Of a stretch of DNA of 47,545 nucleotides, positions 38,640-47,545 are shown in pieces. Source of the stretch: Octopus sinensis (lineage: Eukaryota); assembly GCF_006345805.1 (NCBI RefSeq), contig NW_021835560.1, positions 1 to 47,545 of the forward strand, given 5' to 3'. Each line of letters starts with the position of its first letter. Position 1 is the stretch's first letter. The notes under the pieces are model-generated. The model saw only the letters and a program-made list of their open reading frames with translations. It was not told where the DNA came from and did not search any database. The translations under genes were made by a program, and so were the position numbers.

Positions 38640-39780
38640 CTATATACACTATAAACGAGGCTTAGGTGACAATAGAAGATATTAGACAAACCTGTCAGAA
38701 TTCAAACGTATGATTTTATTAATAATATGCCTGAACATATTAACCTGATCATTCAAAGCTTGATGAAACAACTGTTCTTCACCATTTATATACTTCTCGG
38801 TAGAATTTGTTTGCCTTTCAGCGCTATTGAACTCTTTCCTATTGGACGGTGCCATTTCTTTGTTCTTCAAGCTATACCCATCCAATTCCCACAATTTCTG
38901 AGACTCTATTTCGTTTCCATCTCACTACGCGGAATTGCTAGTCTTTAGAGGTTTTTTTCTCAATATTCCTTTTGCAGACAAGTTTTAACGTTTCGTCTCC
39001 ATATTTATGTAACCCAAGAGCATTTTCATTTCTCATTCCCTGAATGTCTTTTGATTATTCTTCAACAGATATTCGTTACACAGATATTCGTGTGGCTCCA
39101 GTGTTACCAGGATATTTCTCCATTAAATACGTTGTTAATGGTTTATTAAAAAAAAATTCTTTTCATCTTATTTGACTCTTTGCATCAGATCTTTTTAGTC
39201 GCCTATAACAAATAAAGTAAATAATAAACCAAGGAATTGGATTTTCACATTTTGCCTATAAACTTATTCATTATTTCCGAAGAAGCGTTTTTCTTATATC
39301 TTCTTCAGATTTCATTTAGAAGAGTTTCCCTCCTTTACTTGAACAACATTCCTCCTCCCTCTTCACTCAGCAATGTTTTACTATTTCTCCTTTACGCATA
39401 TCTCATTCCCTCTTTCAATTTCAACAACTCCTATCATGTCATAAATACATTTCCACGTTTCATCGAAAATATTTCCCCTTCCACCATTACTATTTTTTCT
39501 CAAAATATCTTTGGATACATTCTGATATCCTTGCTTCGCTTTATTCCTTACTTTTACATCTATGTCGTCAGCCATAGCTTTAAGCACTACAGATGATATT
39601 TCGATATTCAATTACAAAATTTAGCTTTACATCTATTATATTTAAACTTATCTGCATCGTATCTAATCGTCAGGGCATTCGTTGCTCCAGCTTCCAGCTT
39701 CAACAGATTTCTCCATATTCCTAACTGACGGTCCCTTCCGATATTTGATTATCGATGTTCTCCAGAGCCTAGCAGCCATT
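38640..39780 (-). mobile_element. Degenerate RTE-clade LINE fragment (RT N-terminal region)
   Basis: Minus-strand EE*SKDIQGMRNENALG (cf. EEVxxAIxxMKNxKAPG), NCGNWMGI (cf. CxNWRGI) and EEQLF...DQVNMFRHIINK (cf. EEQAGF...DQIxxLRxIIE) in order. Confidence 0.65.
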
Positions 39781-39881
39781 GCATAGAGTGCCTATTCATC
39801 AAAAGGCTGGTTTATCAAAATAATCATGTTTTTGAAACCGAAAACATCCAAGAATAATTATGAATAACGCTGAGTTTGAAG

Positions 39882-40060
39882 ACACACACACACACACACA
39901 CGCACACACACACACACACACACATACACACACACACACACACACACTCTCTCTCTCTCTCTCTTTCACTCCCGCTCTCACTCTCTCTTTCTCTCACTCT
40001 CTCTCACTCTCTCTCACACAGACTCTCTCTCTTTGTCTCACACGCACTCTCTTTCTCTCT
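39882..40060. repeat. (CA)n(CT)n microsatellite
   Basis: Direct repeats. Confidence 0.95.
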
Positions 40061-40659
40061 CGACAAATTTCTAAGATGAAAAAGATGAGATTTAGTATTA
40101 CATAATTTTCATTCGAATCTCTAATCGCAAATCTGATCCATACATTAAGTCATCTCACATTTTATAGCTTGGAAGTGGATACTCAGTTCTATCCTCCAAC
40201 AATTACTAGGATTAATTTTTTCGATTCATCTGTTGCATAATATTTAGGTGCACCACAAACGCAAATATTTAGATTGTAATGATTAGATGAAGGTTCATTA
40301 AGCGCATTCCGCAATCAACCACAGATGTTGAAGCGTGTTATTTAAAATTAAGTCCTTTCACTTCTTACTATTTTTACCAGAGATTAAAAATGTATTGCTT
40401 CTTACGTTGCAATCTTCTCTTTCCCTCCAAATTAAATGACCATCAAGGACAACATAATTTTGGATTTTCCACTTCTTTCTCTCCACTATTGTCGGCTGCG
40501 ACATTTTCAAACTCTCATTTCTCCAATGTGAATGTTGTACAATTGCTATTTAAAAAAAAGATATTTTTGAAAGATAGCAAAGGCAATCGTATCTCGATAG
40601 GTTTAGTGAATTCAGAAGATTTATATCTATATAACTAAATGATGTACTGTTATTTCTGC

Positions 40660-40920
40660 CTATAAGCTCCCCTCACATCTTCCCTAAATACTTCGTACTT
40701 CGCATCTCTGATATAACGTTTTTATATGATGGGGTGTAATAGTAAATATCACAGACAGAGAGAAATCTTCTGAACGATGAGCGTATCATCTTCTCTAACA
40801 GTTGCGTAACTGTTAGCAATCTTTCCTTTACATTCAGAAGATATTTGACCCAACGCGTCTTCATGGTGACTGGGTAAGCTGTACAAAATCGTGCACTTGA
40901 TAAAATTAGCATTAAAATTA
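40660..40920 (-). mobile_element. Possible old RTE-like LINE fragment (post-RT region)
   Basis: GQISSECKGKIANSYA (cf. GxxxxEIxxRIAxA); loose nucleotide similarity to 45905-45980. Confidence 0.3.
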
Positions 40921-40981
40921 CACTGGAATCTTTCAGTACAATTATTTCACATAGAGTCTTGTATATAAAACATCTGATAGC

Positions 40982-41047
<66 letters not shown>

Positions 41048-41114
41048 GTATCTATCTATATATCAATCTATCTATCTATTTATCTATCTATCTCTCTCTC
41101 TCTATATATATATG

Positions 41115-41173
<59 letters not shown>

Positions 41174-41290
41174 GCCTGTCTATCTATCTATCTATTCACC
41201 TATATATCTATCAATCTATCTATCTATCTCTCTATTGTATCTGTCTGTCAGTCTCTCTCTCTATATATATATATGTGTGGGTGTGTGTAT
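40982..41290. repeat. (TCTA)n array with TA/TG end
   Basis: Direct repeats. Confidence 0.97.
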
Positions 41291-42499
41291 GTTTATGTGT
41301 GCGTGTCTATGTATATGTAGATAGATAGATAGACAAACATATATATGGATATATATGCATGAGTGTGATGTGTGCTTCCATGCATGTGTGTGTATTTGTG
41401 TGTGTATGTACATACGTGTGTCTGTGTTTGCGAGTAGTGTATACATTTTATGCACGAATAACGAAAGAGGCTGAAATATAGTTAAATGGCAAGGTACTTA
41501 GAATTATAAAGAGAGTTTTAAATGCATTTATGTATGTATGTATGAATAAATGTATGTATGCATATACCTATACTGATGTGTGTGCACGAATAGCTATTAC
41601 TATGCAAATAAATATACGTATTTATATAATAATGATATATAAATATATCTTTGAATTGTCAATATAAACTAAATAGATATGTATATGTCTCTGTACAAGT
41701 ATGTATTGTGTGTGAGTTTATGTGCGCATGTGTGAGTGTTCTAGTCGCAGCTACACATATGTATGTATATATAGCTTATATAGACATATTTTTATGTTTA
41801 TCAGAATTTCGAACATATCTCTGCGTGATTTATTCATAACTGTAGTGAATATAATCATAAATGTATGAATTATTCCATCCCCAATTGCCTGCTAACAATT
41901 CACTGCTTCAGAGAGAATATCTAACTACACATATTAAATTCTTTCGAATATATTCCATTCCATTGAGACATTATTTAAAAGCCATGAACCGGCTTTGTAG
42001 AAGGTTACACCGCTAGATTTCTACAGTAATTATAATATTCGTGACATCAATTCAACTTATGTCTTTTAAATGGCATGTTTATTCAGAATTTGGAATTATT
42101 TACAAATCTAGTTTTTAATGTTCTTAGATATTAAATGTTAAATGAGACGGAGCCGACTAAAAGGATACGGTAGACAAGAATTAATATTTTAACTATGCGG
42201 CATTCTGTCGTGTCACAAATATTGTGCAGAAGCCTGAAGTAAACTTTCTGCAACAAGTTCAACCTAAGTGTGATTATAAGCTACAGAGTGGAACTAAAAT
42301 TACACTACCATATGGTTTCCACAATTAAGATTCTGTTGGTAAGTGCGTTACAAAATCCTCCGCATATCTCATGGCTCATCTCATTTGTTCAAGGCCAAAC
42401 ATTACAGCACGATCCGAACATGAAACTACCATATGACAATCATAAAGACAACAGCTTACCCACTATATACATTCATATACTCATGCGTACATACATGTT

Positions 42500-42534
42500 A
42501 CACACATACATACATACATACATGCATACATACA

Positions 42535-42582
<48 letters not shown>

Positions 42583-42604
42583 ATATATATATACATATAT
42601 ATAT
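42500..42604. repeat. (CATA)n(TA)n microsatellite
   Basis: Direct repeats. Confidence 0.95.
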
Positions 42605-42621
42605 CTTATCTAAATGGAATA

Positions 42622-43476
42622 TACGAAGAGTCAAAAATATAAGCTCGTGTTTCTTGAATGTGTTTACATTAAGCAAGGGATAAACAAGTAATCATTTGTA
42701 TAAGTCTCTTTCCTTCCTTTACCAATCACTTATTTCTTTATTACCCACAAGGGGCTAAACACAGAGGGGACAAACAAGGACAGACATAGGATTAAGTCGA
42801 TTACATCGCCCCAGTGCTTAACTGGTACTTAATTTATCGACCCCGAAAGGATGAAAGGCAAAGTCGACCTCGGCGGAATTTGAACTCACAACGTAACGCA
42901 GACGAAATACCGCTAAGCATTTCGCCCGGCGTGCTAACGTTTCTGCCAGCTCGCCGCCTTTACCAATCACTTGGTCCAACGATCCCCAAACTTGTGTGTC
43001 ACCCCCCCCCCGCAAAACAAAGGATTTCGATTGGTCGTACAACCGTTTATGCACTGCTTACTTCACATCTGCGTCCGTAGGAAATCGACGACCTCGTAAA
43101 CCACCTTTAAGCGGTACAAATATATGGCAGTCAGGAGGGATGAAATCTAAGCTGTAGGCAGTATGTTGCAGAACATCAAAGCCCAATTTCTCAATGACTT
43201 CAACGTTCAGTGTTGATGTGTATATGTGTGCATTGTCATGCAACAACAAAAGTTTCTTTCACAATGCGCTTCAGCGTTTGGTACGAATTTCTGGTTTCAG
43301 TTTGTTGACCAGCAAAGCGCTGCATCTTACACAGATGATCGTGCACCTCTTTTCCAAGTAGTTCTTCTAGTATAGACCCATTTGAGTCCCCCAAAAAGGG
43401 TTGTATCAGCTTTTCCGCGGAAGACTGAGTCTTGAAGTTCTTCATCGATCGCGAGCCAGGATGTTTCCACTCCATA
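42622..43476 (-). mobile_element. Mariner (DD34D-type) transposon 3' half, interrupted by a SINE
   Basis: MEWKHPGSRSMKNFKTQSSAEK and LLHDNAHIYTS...LQHTAYSLDFIPPDCHIFVPLKGGLRGRRF (HDNA and YSPDLAPxD motifs); TIR-like TA-cgaagagtcaaaaa at 42622. Confidence 0.88.
42732..42958 (-). mobile_element. SINE type A, intact monomer with 14-bp target-site duplication
   Basis: tttaccaatcactt at 42718-42731 and 42959-42972; A-box-like TGGCAGAAACG, B box GAGTTCAAATTCC; central gcctttcatcctttcggggtcgataaattaagtacc resembles the MetaSINE domain (from memory). Confidence 0.95.
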
Positions 43477-43972
43477 CTCTGTCATTTGTATTCTGCCTTA
43501 TAATGAAGGACCCACGTTTCATCTACTCTGACTATTCTGCTCAAACATTCCTCACCCACCATAATCAATTCTCCTCCTCACCTGCTCCAATAATGGCCAA
43601 GATCGTTTCATCCGTAGCAAATAACTGGAGTGGGTGTGGACAATATTGTGTGGAGATATATGAAATATTCTTATATTGGGATACACACAACCTAATTAAA
43701 AACATATTACATCTTAGGGTGTTGTATGTTCACAGAATTACCCGTACTTCTAAATACTTTAGTAGCAGGTACTTAATAATTATGTGAAACCTATTCAATA
43801 ACGCATTCTAGTGACCCTTAGCTTCTATGATCTAAAAATCTAAAAACATTACACTATGTATTTAACTCTTCCCAGGTGTGCATCTGTTCTACCATGGTTT
43901 ATATTATAAATTTATTTTTCTAATAGATTCTTAAATTTTGCACCACCCCTAAATATAAAATATACCCTCTAA
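43477..43972 (+). mobile_element. Degenerate Penelope-like GIY-YIG endonuclease region
   Basis: Broken translation NEGPTF...QTFLTHHNQFSSS...SGCGQYCVE (cf. CxGCGxxYxGxT) and terminal FLNFAPPLN (cf. FIxKFxPxLN), followed by a T-rich tract. Confidence 0.5.
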
Positions 43973-44776
43973 GACCTGTTTGTATTCTACTTCGATCGTT
44001 TTTTTGATGACCTTTAGATATATTTTATAAACCCATTTCCAAAGGAAATTTTTCTCTATTAAAACTTGGTACATCTTATTTTATTTTTATCTTGAATTAA
44101 TAATATTCTGGCTATAAATTTTTCTATGCCTTTATAATTTTTATTTTATTTTAGTTCATCTTATATCCTTCCTTATGTATTTTTATACATTTTTATATCA
44201 TCTTTATATACGTTCGTATAAAAAAACTTAATTAAAAAAAATATTTCTTGTATTTTATAATCTATTATATTTCATACTGTTACTTTTTATACGTTTATAT
44301 ATTCTGTTACATATTTTCATAGATTTATCTTTTATATTATCATATATTTTTCAATTGCACATTATATTTTATAAATTCTTATATTTTATTTTTATAATTT
44401 TCTGCCTTTATATAACCTTTATATAATTTTATAGCCTTTATAGCTTAGACATTTGTGACAATTTATACATTTTCGTAAAATGCACAGTATAATGTAATCT
44501 TATTTTAATTTATCGTTTAATTATACGTGATATTCATTATGTGATTACAAGACTAAACTTGTTTAACTTTTTTATCTGAATGTATTTCTTTATATATTAA
44601 TTAGCTCTAATTGACTTACCTTGTATATTAGATCTCATTTCTTGCTATATCCTATCTTTACCCACCCGTATTAGTCGCAGATGCTTTTAATATCAGTTTC
44701 TTTGTATACTATAAGTATCTATGTATATATAAATATTTTCGTTATACATTCATCATAAAATATGTTACAAAAATGA

Positions 44777-45156
44777 GGCGGCGAGCTGGCAGGAAGGTTA
44801 ATGGTGTTTCGGCTGTGTTTAGAATTTGGGTTCAAATTCCGCCGAGATTGACTTTGCCTTTCATCCTTTCGCGGTCGATTAAATAAGTAACAGTTACGCA
44901 CTGGATTCGATATAATCAACTTAATCTGTTTGTCTGTCCTTGTTTGTCCTCTCTGTATTTAGCCCCTTTGTGGGTAGTAAAGAAATAGGTATTTCGTCAG
45001 CCTTTACGTTCTGAGTTCAAATTAAGTGGCGGTCGACTTCACCTTTCCTTCTTTTGGGCACGATAAATTAAGTACCAGATGTGTCTTGGGTTCGATCTAA
45101 TCTACTAGCGCCCGCCACAAGAATTTCGGCCCTGGTGGCTTGAGAGGAAAAGATTA
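44777..45156 (+). mobile_element. SINE type A dimer; second unit carries the alternative tail
   Basis: Head ggcggcgagctggcag, first unit ending gtagtaaagaaata, restart at ggtatttcgtc (about 44988), end aatttcggccctggtggc. Confidence 0.85.
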
Positions 45157-45649
45157 TAAATCAGCTAAGTTACAATGTGCTATTTTGCTGATTTTCTGCA
45201 CTTCTTTTCCACCCCTAATTTTTTATACATATTATTCTAGAAATTTCATTAATTTCCTCTTTAACATGACAGCCAAAAATAAATATTATTAGCTCTTCCT
45301 ATCCTCCTTTCTTGCACCAGACATTCCCCCTTCATTTACCATTTAGTGCACACAAAGCCCGACAACGTTCCAGTACTTAGATCGTTTCGAGACTGTCATG
45401 TTATTAATTGATTTATCACCTTTGTCTAGAATATAGCTACAACTCCCAAAGGATTTCATTTTGGATTCTTGAAGACTACATTTCCCATATTGTTTTCGGA
45501 GTGTAGGTAACTAGCTCACTACTTTCAATTATTCCACCAAACCACCACGACAACTAATAACCTCCACATTCTAGTGGGAACTAGAGCAGAGGAAGTACCA
45601 GCTAGTCGAATGTTAATCTCTTTCGTTTATGACTTTGACTGAGAGATTA

Positions 45650-46050
45650 AATTGATCCAATATGTTTTGTAGATATGTCCATATGCATCCACCTCATCCT
45701 TGGAATTTCTTTGACTCTGCATCTTATTCCAGTTAGCTTCTATAATTATTGAACTGAACAGCGTTAAACATTTTCAACACGTGGACCTGACTTCATGTAA
45801 GGAATGTTTAAACTTCTATAAAAACTTCCCATCGCATAGAACGAAAGTCCTAGTCAACCGTGTTGTCTCGTATAATGTTTTTTATATACAATCCTTTTTT
45901 CACAGATGGTTTACATGATGGGGTAGCATGAGTATGACAAACATCGAAAGTTTGAGGTCTGTATCTCTTCTCTAAAAGACAGACGACCACTATCAACTTC
46001 CACAGAAGAATTTCGAAAACGATTTACATAATAATGGATTACATTGAAAA
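45650..46050 (-). mobile_element. Possible old RTE-like LINE 3' fragment
   Basis: Minus-strand YPIM*TICE (cf. PxxxYxCE) followed by IPRMRWM (cf. GRPRMRWxD). Confidence 0.4.
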
Positions 46051-46700
46051 TATCATTAATGTATATTTTTCATTAATGAATACAATATGCTAGATAGCGT
46101 AAGAGATTACGCCGTGTCAAGTCCCTAGATATTTTCAATAACACTTTAGAGGAATAGAGCTCAGCTCTAGACATCAGGACGTATATCACATGGTAAAGAT
46201 ATGCATAAGTTTGAAACTAGCCACATCAGGGTTAGATTGACTAACATGCAATTTGAACTAAATAATGGTAAGAGCTGGATGAAATATGAAATATACCGAG
46301 CAATTTAAACAAATATACCAATACAATTCTCTTCATTGTTGACTTAATAAGATATATATTTTTAATGAAATTATGTGAAGATGTATTTTTAGGAGTGATT
46401 TTTGCCGTTATGGTGATGATTTTAATTTTGCAGAAGTTAAAATTTTCCAAATCTTTTTCACTGTTCAGTTTCAATCTGCAGAAAAACACACGCCTACGAT
46501 ATTATGCCAATGGATATTAAGGACAATCAACGGGATAACTCCATGAACAAAATTGAATTTCTTACTGTAATAAAGACTGGAATTATTATGGATAATAATC
46601 TACATGTGCTCAGATTCTCGCTTATAACATCATTAGATTCTTCGATAATCAGGTGCAAGATCTAGGATGGTTGCTTTCCTTTAAATATTTTCCCAGTCTG

Positions 46701-46991
46701 AATAATAATAACAATAATAATAATGATGATAATAATAATCATGATTACGACGATGACGAAAATAACAACGATACTTTAACGAGTACACATTGTATCAGCA
46801 TGATCGGAAACTACTCCGTTGATTGAGTACCTCTGCGAAGTTTTCGTGAAAGATGAAAAAGAGGAGACAAACTAAGCTAGAACTATGCCCCAGATATTAC
46901 CTCTGCAATCACACACACACACGCGCACACACAAATAGATATGTATACACACACATATATACTTATATGTATGCATATATACACATATACA

Positions 46992-47057
<66 letters not shown>

Positions 47058-47137
47058 CCATATATATATACATACATACATACACACACATATATATATA
47101 TTATATATATATATATTATATAATATATATATATATA
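46701..47137. repeat. (AAT)n/(GAT)n then CA/CT/TA microsatellite fields
   Basis: Direct repeats at about 46701-46770 and 46910-47137. Confidence 0.9.
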
Positions 47138-47285
47138 CAAAGAGGGAAACATTTAGTTTTAAATCTCTGATGGAGAAGTGAGTAATAGCAATTCTACAGA
47201 GTAAAATCTATTTGTCAACATGAATTGGCAGTCCCGATTAGAAGGATGTTAGTACCTGTTTTGAACCCAAGGGTACATCTGATCC

Positions 47286-47485
47286 AGCTGGGTTCTGATG
47301 CACAACTGCATTCTTATACCTCGAACAAGAAAACTAATGTCCCCTCTTCAGCCTTAAACTGTACCGGCAGACCATGATTACTTGTTTATTTCTCTTCATC
47401 AGCACAGACTAAGCATAGGCATGAATGGGGACATTAGGGCCCTTTTTCAAGCAATAAGGACGCAGTTGTGCATCAGGAGCCAGCT
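47286..47485. repeat. Imperfect inverted repeat, MITE-like
   Basis: Arms 47286-47344 and 47427-47485 align without gaps at 47 of 59 positions by manual count. Confidence 0.8.
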
Positions 47486-47545
47486 CCAAAAGATGTTTTC
47501 CTGGGGCTAAAATAACGATTTACGTTGGCATAAAGATTTTACTCT

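Noticed and set aside
46590-46740. Possible R4/Dong-like LINE 3' end before (AAT)n
   Set aside because: Only a four-residue resemblance (AQIL); insufficient.

Overview
AT-rich, microsatellite-dense animal genomic DNA, intergenic or intronic. The repeat families look like those of octopus (coleoid cephalopod); that is recognition from memory, not a database result. I find no supportable host protein-coding exon, and nearly all ORF-track entries are microsatellite or antisense artefacts. The window is a patchwork of mobile-element debris: at least four tRNA-derived SINE types, a young 5'-truncated L1/Tx1-like LINE sitting in a (GATA)n tract, several old RTE-like LINE fragments, three Tc1/mariner remnants (one DD37D/maT-like), a DINE-1/Helentron-like element, and many probable Penelope-like element (PLE) termini. 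Main signals: (1) eight minimal type I hammerhead-ribozyme motifs from about six unrelated sequence families, including a U3-A8 compensated core and inverted twin copies; (2) a recurring fold-back architecture anchored on (TA)n tracts; (3) a SINE whose 3' tail matches the 3' end of the Tx1-like LINE and which forms multimers with a fixed junction. Coordinates were counted by eye; edges of degenerate elements are approximate.
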